The notes beneath the pieces were generated by a model. That model had not been told where the DNA came from and did no database searches. It was given only the letters and a program-made list of their open reading frames with translations. DNA of 64,000 nucleotides from Tricharina praecox (Eukaryota): NCBI RefSeq assembly GCF_024521635.1, contig NW_026250407.1, forward strand, positions 682,001-746,000, given 5' to 3'. Position numbers and translations under genes: made by a program. Positions 23,749 through 35,625 of this stretch are shown here, one piece after another (position 1 is the first letter of the stretch; every line of letters begins with the position of its first letter).

Positions 23749-26700
23749 GAAAGGATGAGGACTGTGATCCGAATTTGAGGACGAGGTATCAAGCGTGACA
23801 GCAGAGGCACTCGCTGGTCCACCGGCCGCAATTACCACGGGATGGACACGTTCAGCAGAATCGTGAGAAGACACGACGGGCTTCGAGTAGTTTTGGGGTG
23901 GGGAGAAGAGGGGGGGAGGGGAGGGGGAGGGGAGGGGGAAGGGACGATGTGCGACGTGAGAATTTGGCGATGGCGACGCAGGTGTTGTGGTTGGTGTTGT
24001 ATTATTTGATGTAAGGTTGTAGGGTTGTTGTGATTGTGGGTAGCGGAGTGTTGCGGATGTTTGTGGGGGTGAAGGGTTGTTGTTGTAGAGGGTTGCGGTT
24101 GACGTCGAAGATGAGGCTGAAAAAGTTTATCGAAATCCGAACGGAGTTGTAGAAAGATCTATGGGTCGTCGCGTGGTTGAGTGTAGCTTGGCGAAACCGA
24201 ACAGAAAGAAAAAAGAGACGCGCTTCGTAATCGTATCAACAGGGAATTTTTGAGTGTGTGGGGGGGAGGGGGGGGGTAGACGGAGTAGTGTGGCGTGTGG
24301 GGGGGAGGGAGGGATGTTTGGTAGTGAGTGGTGTGGGTGGTGGGTTGTGGTGGTTGTGGTTGTGGTGGGTGTTCTCCCGGGAACGAGGCTGAAAAGGAGG
24401 ATGTGAGATTATTTGAAGGAGACGGAGGTGAAGCGAGGATGAAAGGAGGGAAGGGAGGTGAAGGAACGCCGGTTCGACAGATAGCGCGAAACTGGAAGCG
24501 GCGGAATGAGTCAGCAAGGTAAAACAACACGGTGGACCCTAACCCGCTAGAAGAGAACAGCGGAGCGAGGAGTGAACGGAGCGACAGAAGAGAGTGACAC
24601 GACACGACAGGACGAGACAAAAACCAACCACCTTCGCCGCCTCCTGCAATTCACAACTTCACCTTGACCTCAGAAGAGGACGGAGTAAGTGAGTGAGCGA
24701 GCGAGCGAGTGAGTGCGTAGCGGTGTGGGTTGTGGTGGTGGCGGTGATGGCGGTGAAGCGTGCATAAGCCCGCATGCACCAAAGAAAGCAAGGTGTGAGT
24801 ACATAAGTGAGTTGTGAGTTGTGTGTCCTCACAGCAGATACGACATGGCATGGGAGTATGCAGAATACATATGACGCAGAATATGATAATGGTGGCACAG
24901 TCCGGGTATGACATGAACGGAGCAGACGGACAGGATGTATGATATGGTACGGCCTGTATGCTTCAGGGTATCTCGAGGCAGAGGTGAAGCCGAGTGCTTC
25001 CAGGTGGGCGATGTGGATGGATGTAGGATCAACAGAATAAAACACAGAAAATAAATAAAAATAAAATAAAAGTAAAAATACCGAGTAAATGGAAATAAAT
25101 TGGTGTCACAAACCCAGCGAGAAATGCGGATGGAGAAGGATCGAAGAAGAGAGCTCAACGAATTCTAGACTTCTTCTTCGGTGAGCGCAACAAAGTAAAT
25201 TGCTCGCTCTTCTCTAAATTTTCTAATTCGTTGCGCTGTGTTGCTGTTCTTTTTTTCTTTTCAGTTGCGTCGCTTTCGCCTTGGGAATGTGGGCTTTTTT
25301 TCTTTCTGTTTCTTTCTTTCTTTTTTATTTTTTCTGTTGTGCGGTGCGGCGATCGAGAGCGGGTGGGTGGGTGTGTGGATCGAGTGGTGCGGGTAGACGG
25401 CGGCGGCGACGGATGATGATGATGGGTTCAAGTGGGTGGGTGGGTGGGTGAGGGCTTAGGGTGTGAGACGGAAAATTGGAGGTATTTTTTTTTTCGGAGC
25501 CCGCAGAGCAGAGGGGAGGGAAAGGGGTTTGGGGGTCTGAGGTGCTTAAGTAGCTCCAGTAACGCCAAGAGACACCAACTCCAATTTAGGGGCTGTGAGT
25601 CGGCCGCTGATTGACTGCTGGGCCAATCAGTGGCAGAGGCCAGAACCCGTCGTCGCGGAAAAAGTACTTTGGCCCCTCCAAGAAGCACCACGGACGAGTG
25701 TGTCTGGACAGGGACCGACGACAGACAGCTTTCGCGGCAGAACAGTCAAGCAGAATAGAGTGGAGAGCCAGAGTGTATGTGGGCCTAACAAATGTACTCA
25801 CTCCACTCTGCGAACTCTAGAGTAACCACCGAGCCCATGCGCGATCCTCAAGAAGAAGGGAAGAACGATGTCTGGGGGTGTTTGCGAGGGAGGGAGGGAG
25901 GGAGAGAGATGGAGGGGGAGGAAGTGCCTGGTACATAAGGACGGAGAAGTCACTCACCGGGGAGGGGAGGGGAGAGAAGATGAGAGAGAGAAGCGGGAAA
26001 AAGAAAAGAGCCTTGCACTTGGCTGCAAAGAGCCGCCGTTTCATGTTTGCCATTCGATCCCAGAGTCATGAATCATGGTGTTTGCGGCAGGAAACCTTCC
26101 CACCACCGGAGACTGGCCACCGCTGACCACCACGGCCCACCACCCGTGTCGCTTCCCCCCTTTCCGATCTGGTTCTCCTCGAAAAAATAAATCAGAGGAT
26201 CGAAAGAGTTAAATTCCCTACGGAAGAAGGGTGCGGTTTGATCACTCATATCAATTTCGATTTCGATTTCGATTTCGATGTTGTGTATGTGTTGTGTTGT
26301 GTGTGTGCTGTGCTGCGCCCCCTGTTCTGCATAGCTGCTGCTGGTGGTCGGTCGGTTACCGCTGCCCACCCCAACGCCGGCCGTCAGAGCACAGAGCACA
26401 ACCCCCTTCCCCCGCCCCCCCCCCCTCCCCTCTCCCCTCAAAGCATGAAGGCTACGTACGCAGAGCGACCGGGCTGAACGGAGCAGGCAAACATTGGGGC
26501 AAGCGAGAAAGCCTCGAGCGCTCCCTTCCAAAAAATAAAAATAAAAAAATAGTCCCGAGCGCTGGACTGATTTGTTGGAATAAAAAGCCAGTCGATCGCG
26601 AAAAATGAATGAATTGAATTGAATTGAACGAAATGAAAAATAAGTATCCTAGCCTGCCTTTGTCGCGCAGTACCGTATGCAAGAACGCCCACGAACTGGA

Positions 26701-28098
26701 TAAGCGGCGATATGGATTGAAGCGTGCGGGGTGGAGCTGATCGTGTTGCTGTCGTGCAAGACTGTCGGTTGGTGCGCTTTGCGAAGCTTGAGGTGACAGG
26801 TCTGCTGCCGTGAGAGATTGTTCGCACCAGTCCACAAACTTCGAGTTTCACACGCACTACTGGCAGAGGAGAAGGCTGTTGCTCCCCTCCAAGGAGACAC
26901 GCATGGAGACAAAATTACCTGCGGTGACGGTGCGGCTTCTGGCGGCTGTCGACCGGTACATACTACCGGTAGGCAATCGATCGGTCAATGACAGGATGCC
27001 ACGAACAATCACACATCCACACGGAATATGGAGCCCGTCCAAGTCCCGTGTGAAGATTCCGAAACCCGTTCGGCGTCAAAGTTGGATGTCGGACACTGCA
27101 TCTATCAAACAGTCGGCCACTTCAGGTACAATTACGGAACAGCTTTCACTGCATCACCCGCTTCGATCTCCGGATAGCAAGTGGAATACTGGAGCTGCCT
27201 GCTCCCATCGATGCGTCAATGGGTACCTACGATATCCACAACGCTGAATTTGATATGATACCTACTCTACTCTACTGGGCGTCGATTAATGGACGAACAG
27301 CTTTCTATATAGTAGTATTTTTCTCAGCGACCTCTGGCATCCGTCTGCCCATACATAATTCCTCTGAAGAGACCCCGTGAGCACCAGTGGGCATCTTCCC
27401 GTCACTAGTTGATTTCTGGCCTCACGCCGTCGAAAGAAAATCCATGATGCCGTTCCTACTATAGTAGTGGCCGTCGTCGTCCTCGTCCACGTCCTCGTCA
27501 GTGGTGGAGAAGTGCGATAGTTGGAGGCTTTACGCTGGATGTTCGCAACCCCAACCCACACAGCATGGAATGTTCCTATTTTTATTCCCATTCCATAGGG
27601 CTGGTTTGATAGTTATTGCGGTTCCCGCCTTCGGCAAGCCCATACATATGGCATACTTACCGTACTTATGAGCAAGCAAGCAGGCAGGTAGGTGGCGGGT
27701 GTAACCACCCCTTTCAACCAACAGCAATTAGTTTCAGTTGGCAGGCAGCCACATCTCGAATCGAAATTCAAAAAGCCTGCCGGCCAGCCAACTTTACCAA
27801 CCGCAGGGAAGTGGAACTGTGGAATGAGATGGCGATCAATGCGTCTGCCGCGTCATTCCAGGAGGCAGAAATATGCGCTTCTTGTATCCTCTTCCTTCAG
27901 GAGACGCGTCCGCATGCTACATACTTTACCTACATACCGGCAATAGCACCTGGCACGATTGTTTCTGTCACTGTCACTGTCTCTGCCTCTGTCTATGGAT
28001 TGCTATATCCGTCCGCTCGTTTTCTTGCTTTTCTGTATGGTTATTGTTGCGATCGTTATACCTTATACCCACATACCTTATCTCGGAATAGTTTGCCC

Positions 28099-29226
28099 AT
28101 GAAGGCTCGCACTCGTTTCTACTCCTCCGCCTTGTCGGTGGTTCTTTTGTTTCTGATCTACCTATTCTGCGGATCGCTTCGGATTCGATATCGAAAAGGT
28201 GTGGACCGATCCGGGCCCCCGACGGCGACGAAGACGCGCGCACTACATACTGACGTTGGTTTTAACCGCAGTGATTGGCCAGCTACCGGACCGCATCGTG
28301 ATATTCGGCGACGAATCGAGTGCGATCCCGTCGGCCGCGGAAGTTGGCGCGCACCGTCGGCGCAGCAGCAGTGAACCCCCCACGATCCCGACGACATGGG
28401 CCTCGAACCTCTGCCAGAGCCTGCACGCCTCGTGCGATTCGTTCGCGCCGATAGCGCCCTCCCGCGGCTTCGTCGGCTCCGTCGTCGACAACATAGTGTT
28501 CAACACGACCTCGCCCGACCTGCGCGATCAGGTGGATAGGTGGATCGAGTTCGAGACCGAGGCGCGAAAGAGCGGCCATGAAGCTGAGCGGTCAAGTCTG
28601 TTCGCTCTCTTCTTCGGCACAAACGATGTCTGGGAGTTTTCGTATCTGGGCCGTGCAGACGCCATCAGCGCCGTCGAGGCGAGCTTGGATTCAATGTTTG
28701 AGCAGATTGGCAGGGTCGCGAGCCATTGGGCCGATCCGATCCAGGTCCTCGTGCCTACTGCCATCGACGTGTAAGCATGAGATTCAGCCGGTGGGGAAAG
28801 TTGTCAACGACTGACCATTACCTACGCACAGAACTATGCTACCGGCGTGGTCAAAGTACCGGCTGAAGAACGATACCACCGGAGCGGAGCTACGCAATGC
28901 AATCTTCGTTGCCCAGAAGTGGAATGAAGGCCTGATGAAACGGGCCGCGAGGTGGAAGGCGGGGACGGTGATGCTCTGGGACGCCGGACATTGGTTTATC
29001 GATACGTTGCGGACCGGCCGATGGCAAGATGTGCGGCAGCCTTGCCTAGAGGCGCACAGTGGAATGTGCAAGCACCCCGAGACGTATCTGATGTGGTGAG
29101 TTCGGTCCAGAAGCTATCCATACTTAATTCCGTCGGCTAATAGTCGACACTAGGGATGACCTCCATCTTGGTCCGCGCGCCCACGAGATCATGGCGAAGT
29201 CGGTCGTGAAGTACCTGTTGGTGTAA
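28099..29226 (+). CDS. SGNH/GDSL hydrolase (CE16-like) with N-terminal membrane anchor, 4 exons
   Basis: Block I-like IVIFGDESS, block III FFGTNDVW and block V YLMW|DDLHL; N-terminal hydrophobic SALSVVLLFLIYLF. Confidence 0.8.
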
Positions 29227-30341
29227 TGGTGTTACTGTCGGGAGAGTTTCTGGCGTCTGAAGGCTGTATTTTTTTGGTATATATAGCCCAATTGGTTATA
29301 ATGTCTATGGGTACAGTGTACTAGTAATCAGTCTACGTGTGAAGTATATACATAACCCATGATCACGGAATACCGAAGTGGTGGGGCATCAGCGCTGCAT
29401 GCGCATGAGCAATGTGCAATACCCGCGCAAGGATAGCCAGGCTGTGCGGCCATGGGCCGAATGAAGTGATAGCCCCCGAGTCCATCCTATGAGCGCACGG
29501 ATCAGTAGGTACTCGTCCATGTATTATACGATAGGTGGTATTCAGCAGTTAGAGTGCATTGTCTGGATAAATCGTGAGGATAAAATGGTCGAGATACATT
29601 AGAAGCTGGCGTCGTTAGCCATATGACAATAATCCGATCGCATGGACCGCGGAAGGCTCCTTCCTCTCGCTCCCTCTTTTCTTCGGATGTCCGGCGGCAG
29701 CGGGAAGGTTTTCTCCGTTCTTTGAAAGGCGTTCCTGCAACCTTATCGTCCGGATCCCTGCAAAAAATGAATGCCACGGACCATGCGCTACGTACATACG
29801 GCTGTGGGTGGAAATTCAACACCATCCGACAAGACAACCACCGTCCAACAACCGCGAATTCTAGACGCGCGCAACCATGATCCCTCCGTCTTGACGTAAG
29901 TCCGTGTTTTGCTGCGAAAAATGTCTCCCTCTTGCGCCCCTCCCCCCAACCCTGGCGTCTGCGAAAAGCTTGCTGATCAGCTCTACAGAAAGTGAGGTCA
30001 CCATCCATCTTTGCCCGCTCGCTCGCCCGCCCGCCCGCCCGACCGCCCGCCCGCCACTTGTTTCCGGTCGCTCGCTGGCAGGCCGGCGCCACGAACGAAC
30101 GAACGAAATCTCTTGCCGGGCCCCACCCAACCATCAATCAATCGCACCTCGTGCTGCTGTCTAGACCTGCCGGCTTCAACAAGCAGGGCTGACAGAACCC
30201 CCGCTACAAAGGAATTGCGCCTGTGAACAAAGTTTCAACTCGACCTGTCATCCAGCCTCCTTTAGGAGTAGGAGGAGGACGAGGGATTGACACAGAGGTG
30301 GGGCGGCTTGGTGGCGTGGGATATAAAAAGTGACGGGCGTA

Positions 30342-32571
30342 ATGTCCGAGGCTCCAGTAGCCATCACTGCTGCCGGTGTTGCCGTAGACACCAGCGGTGT
30401 ATTGAGTTTGCTAGAAGACGACGAAGACGACGACGAGACGCACGCTGTGAATCTTTCGGTTCTGTCCACGGCGCACCATTCTGCTATATCCGGGGAAGAT
30501 ATTGAGGCTATGGTTGTACCGCATGATTCTCACCCTCACCATCACCACCTCCTCCATAATCACCACCAGGCACAGACGGTATCGGCATTGCAGCAGACGG
30601 ATGAAGGCCAGAGCTTGGAGGATTCTCTTGTGGCTCTACAGCAAGCCCAACACCAGTTCTCGCCTTCGCAGCTGTCTCCGGAATCTGTGTCGTCCCTGCA
30701 CCTTCCGTCTCCTTCAAACACTAGTTCCGACATACCTGCCGACTCGATGGCAAAGGCCGACCAAAACTCTCAGAACTCTGGCTTTGGGTTAAGCTCTGCT
30801 TCACCTCACTCGATATGTCTCTGCCAAGCACCAACGAGAATCCCAAGACCACGTAACGGTTGGTCCAAAAGAACCCAGTGTCTTGAGGTGCGGAATGTTA
30901 ACTGACGAAGGTTGACGAATACAGCCTTCATCCTCTACCGCCAACACCACCACGCAGCAGTCGTCGCCCAAAACCCTGGGAAACCGAACCCAGAAATCTC
31001 CAAAATCATTGGTCACATGTGGAAGACTCGCAGCGACGAAGTGAAGGCGGTGTGGCAGAGTCACGCAGATGTCCGTCAACATTGCATTGCCATTGATATG
31101 AATGGGACTTAACCGTTAACGTGCTTCACCACAGGAAGAGAAACGACAGCACCTACAGAGGTACCCGCAGTATCGGTATCAACCGCGGAGGAGCGTTAAG
31201 AAGACTGCACAGGCGGCCGCAGCAGCTGTTGCCTCGGCGTCATCATTAGACCCGACTTCGCCACTACCGGCACTGGAGTCGGCGTTATGCCCAATATGTG
31301 GGGGCCAAACTGGCGCTCTTCCTACTTCACCAAGCCCAGTTGCAACCTCCGGACGGAAGTCGTTACAGGCGTCGCGAACTACTCTTGCAGCAACTATAAC
31401 CACTGCAAGGAGAAACACTGGAATTCTAGATGACAATGGCTCACCTGTGGACGAGAGGAGCGGAAATACAACAGACCAAATTGACCCCCGTGTGGGAGAA
31501 AATTCCGGTAATGGAATGGTTGCGGGAATTGAAGCGCTGCTACAACTTGGTCTGCGAAATATCGAAGACAATGCAGCGGCAACTCTCAGTCCGCCGTGTC
31601 CTTCAAAAAGACGGAAACTCAACCCGTCTCCCATGTCTCCAAACACGACATCCCTCTCAAGCCCACAGCTCCTCCAGCAGAGTTTATACACAACATCATT
31701 TGGCCACAGCAGTGACCCAAGCATCGACTTCCTCCGAACAAGCAGCTTCGATCCTGAAGATCCGCCCTCTACAGCATTGGTAGACTCCCCCAGCGGAATC
31801 CTGCACAACCACCACATCCCACACTATGACGCACAAAGTACCACCGACCTGTTCGCCCTCAGAGCCGACAGCATCCTCGAAAAAGCCCGCGCCATAAGCC
31901 GCATATGCCCGCCCCTCTCATCAATGTCCGTTCCACCATTCGGCACGCCCTCTGTAACCCGCATGCCCATCATCACCGTCGACGGCGACGACGTGGACCT
32001 GGTATCAGATCTATACCACCTCCTCTCGCGCGAGCTCGAAAAATCGCCGATCCAGCAGCCTCTCTACCACATCGACGATCCCGACGACCCCCTAACGGTC
32101 CTCTCCGACGCCGAGCTCGAGGGTCTCCTCGACAGCACCGGCGAGCTAGAAAGAGACAATGATGCCGACGCCGCACGATATCTCACTCACGTCGCCAGCT
32201 GGCGGCGGAAATCCCCAGAAATCAGGTCCGTGCTTATGCAGCAGCAGCAGATCGTACTGGTGAACCGCTACGTCCTCTCGCGCTGCGAGGTCGCCGCGCT
32301 AAGGCTCGATACCGACGGCCTTTCGACGCTGGAGCATTGGCAGTGGTGTGCGACTGTGTGGAAGGGGTGTGTGGGTGCCGACATGACGATTTTTGTGGTG
32401 GCGCTGCCGGATGGCGGGTTGGCGGAAGAGCCCGTGAGGAGTAAGGATGGCGGGAAGGTGGTATTTGTGGGAAAGGCCGGGAGGAGGAAGGAGTGGGGTG
32501 GAAAATTGATGAGGAGGCTCGTGTTTGATATCAGTGAACTCGTGAGGAGTCTTAGGGGGTTTCCTGAATAG
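30342..32571 (+). CDS. Sequence-specific (MATA/Rox1-type) HMG-box transcription factor with a distinct C-terminal domain
   Basis: ICLCQAPTRIPRPRN|AFILYRQHHH...NPEISKIIGHMWK...HAD|EEKRQHLQRYPQYRYQPRR. Confidence 0.9.
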
Positions 32572-33094
32572 AGACGGAATGCATGTACATTTTTGGACAA
32601 TGAGCACATACCTACCGTATGTATGAGGATTTCACGAGGAGTCGCTTATGATGAAGGGAGGACTGCTATTTGCTTACTTGCTTGCCGCCGCGCATCCATA
32701 TTAAAGCTATGTACATACACGACACATCTGAATGATGTCTACGTGAGCTCGAAGGAAACACAAGGTAAAAATCCATCAAAAAATGAGAGCTACATCACAA
32801 GCAAAGAAGCCAGGCAAGCAAGACAAGTCGAAGCGTGAGTGCAGCTTTCGATTGATGTTTATCCCTTCCGTTAACAGGCCTAATGAACGTGCTACACGAA
32901 GAAGAGTCCCAGAACACAAAGAAACTCCCGCCAAACCCCCACCCCTCTTCTCTCTCTCTCTCGAACTCACACACTCACACGAAGATGTAAGGAAAGTAGT
33001 ACGAAAAAAACGCCGTTGAGATGATGAATTTACCTCCTAGGTGAGGTTACAGAAGGTAGGTAGGTGGAGGAAAGCTAAGGTATTTTGTGATCCT

Positions 33095-33649
33095 TTACTT
33101 GGTATCCATCATGACATCGTCGTCGCCGTGGTTCTCCTTGGGAGCCTGGAAGTCGTCGTCATCCTCATCCTCATCGTCGTCGATCATCTCGTTCTCCTGT
33201 ACAGCCTTGAAGTCGATCTTGGCTCCGCGGGTGCGGCCACCCTGGATGATGTTGGACGTGTCGATCTCGGCAAGGTCGTCCTCCTCGACGTCTATTTGAT
33301 GGATTGTATGTTAGAAATTGAATGTCTTAGGAGCTGTTTATGGAGGAGGAATTGAGCTGAGCTGAGCTGTGCGCTGGTGGCGGTGGCGGTGGCGCTGAGC
33401 TGCGGAAGGTGGGATAGCAGCGTACCTTCAAGATCCATGACCTCGTCCTACATAGCAACCAGAAGGTTAGCAGCCGATCGCGTAACAGGCGCGACTAACT
33501 TAATTGACTGTGTAACTTACACTGGCACCCATCTCCTCGTCGGAAGACTCGTCCTCAGTCTCGACGGGCTCAGCAACAGCCTTGCCCTTGCCCTTGTTGG
33601 GGACTTGCTGCTCGGTGACGGCGGTATCGGTAGGCTTGATGTCGGACAT
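33095..33649 (-). CDS. CHZ1: Histone H2A.Z chaperone Chz1, 3 exons
   Basis: KGKGKA, DDLAEIDTSNIIQGGRTRGAKIDF (CHZ motif) and acidic tail. Confidence 0.88.
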
Positions 33650-34180
33650 TGTGGTAATTGTTTGGGCGGTTTTGAGTAATGAAGCTGAGATGAATTGGGT
33701 TGTTGGTGGAATTGCGAGTGTTGTTGTTGTTGCTGCTGTGGGGTGGAAGTGGTGGAAGAGAAAGAAGGAAAGGTGGATGCGTTGGGATCGACGCGCTGAG
33801 CTGGGGGGTGGTTATTTGTCTCTCGTCTGGTAAAGCCAAGCCAACGCCAGATCGATTGATGCCAGATCACATCTTATCGCCAATCATAGCTGTTTATCGC
33901 AGCGCGGCTGCCGATTGACAGTGGGATCTTATCGATCTCACTCTGGCTGGTGTCAACTATTCCATCTTAAATATCGCAATCTAATCAATCAACCAATCAC
34001 CCATTATCAAAAATCTTCGCTTCCGCCTTCTATTCGGCAGCCTCTCGCTCGGCTCAATCGATCATTACATAGCTCTTACATATTTTGATTCGCTCTTCTT
34101 TTCTCGATCTTCATTCCTTCCTACTTCCTTTTGTTCCTCTCACAATCCACATTCCCAACCAAACTGTCGTCTTAAAATCC

Positions 34181-35131
34181 ATGGCTGCCACTGCTCGTTA
34201 CTTTACCCCGCTCCTGCGACCCCTCGCAGGCGCTTCCGCATCGCTATCATCATCATCGGCATCCCACGCACGACCCTTTGTCTCACCCCTCCTCAAATCC
34301 TACACTAAATCCCCAACTTCTTCCTTCAACCACCTTCACCACAACCTCCGCCAGTACTCCACTCCTGCATCCTCCACCAACATGGCAAACACCTTCTTCG
34401 ACGTCGTCTGGACCGAACCCTCTGGCGCAAGTATGTAGAAATCCATCAAAAAACAAGGCTTCGGTCGGGGCATCGGAGCCTTGATCAGCCTTATCAAAAC
34501 CCTGCATGGCCATCTCCCCTCCGTCTGCATCCGCTAACACCTCATCTCTTTTTTTTGTTAGAGCACCAGTGGGGCCGTATCGAGTTCAAGCTCTACGATG
34601 ACATCGTCCCGAAGACCGCCAAGAACTTCCGCGAGCTCTGTGAGGCGAAGGAAGTCGGCCAGGGTTACATCAAGTCCAAGTTCCACCGTGTGATCGCTGG
34701 ATTCATGGCTCAGGGTGGTGACTTCACCCGTGGAAACGTATGTTATTCCTCGTAGCAGAGGATGGTGATAGACCGGCTCACATGGCGAAGGGTACCGGTG
34801 GCCGCTCCATCTACGGCGAGAAGTTCGAGGACGAGAACTTCAACAAGCGTCACGACAAACCCTACTTGCTGTCGATGGCCAACGCTGGCCGTAACACCAA
34901 CGGCTCCCAGTTTTTCATCACTGTTTGTCCCCCCTTCTTGCAGCGCTATTTAGACAGCTCTCTAACACATCACTCCAGTTCGTCAAGACTCCCCACCTTG
35001 ACGGCAAGCACGTCGTTTTCGGCGAGGTTGTTGGCGGTAAGGACGTCATCACCAAGATGGAAGAGAAGTCGCTCGACAACAGTGGACGTACCACCGGTAC
35101 CATCACTATCGAGAACTGTGGAACTGTATAA
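34181..35131 (+). CDS. Cyclophilin A-type PPIase with mitochondrial presequence; second in-frame ATG at 34382
   Basis: [81 protein letters not shown]. Confidence 0.95.
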
Positions 35132-35625
35132 ACTGGGAATGAGGTCTCGCGATGGGATGCTCTGTAGGCGCTTTTTTCTCTGACCCGGAATGATATGATC
35201 TACTTCAATCTGCTCCGCTCGTGTGATGACAACTTTATCGCTCTCTGTTTTTGACATGCTCCCTTTCTTTTGTGATACCTAGAATGGCCCGTGAATGAAT
35301 GATCCGATGTACATACGTGGTTATGGCGTGAGATTTGAATAGTGCGAACCGTGTTATCCGTACACAGTACAAGTACAATCCGAAATGGCGTGACTCTTGA
35401 TTCATCGGAGAGTGGCTTTCGAGCCGAAGTTTTTCCGTGCCGGGTTTGCTACAATCCCGAAAGCTAGCTTCACCCGCATTCGGATCGGCGAAACGCGCCG
35501 GCACGCATTCTTTTGCGTAGAGCCGCTAGCAAGTGACCACAATTTCTCCGAACACACCTGCGCCGACCACCAGCAACCGCCAATACCTCCCCTCCCCTCC
35601 CCTTCCTTACCCACCCACCCACACA

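Noticed and set aside
30830..31190. HMG box as the mating-type gene MAT1-2-1
   Set aside because: The protein is ~700 aa with an ICLC..PRPRN lead-in, lacks the intron in the EIS serine codon typical of MAT1-2-1, and has no APN2/SLA2 neighbours in the window.
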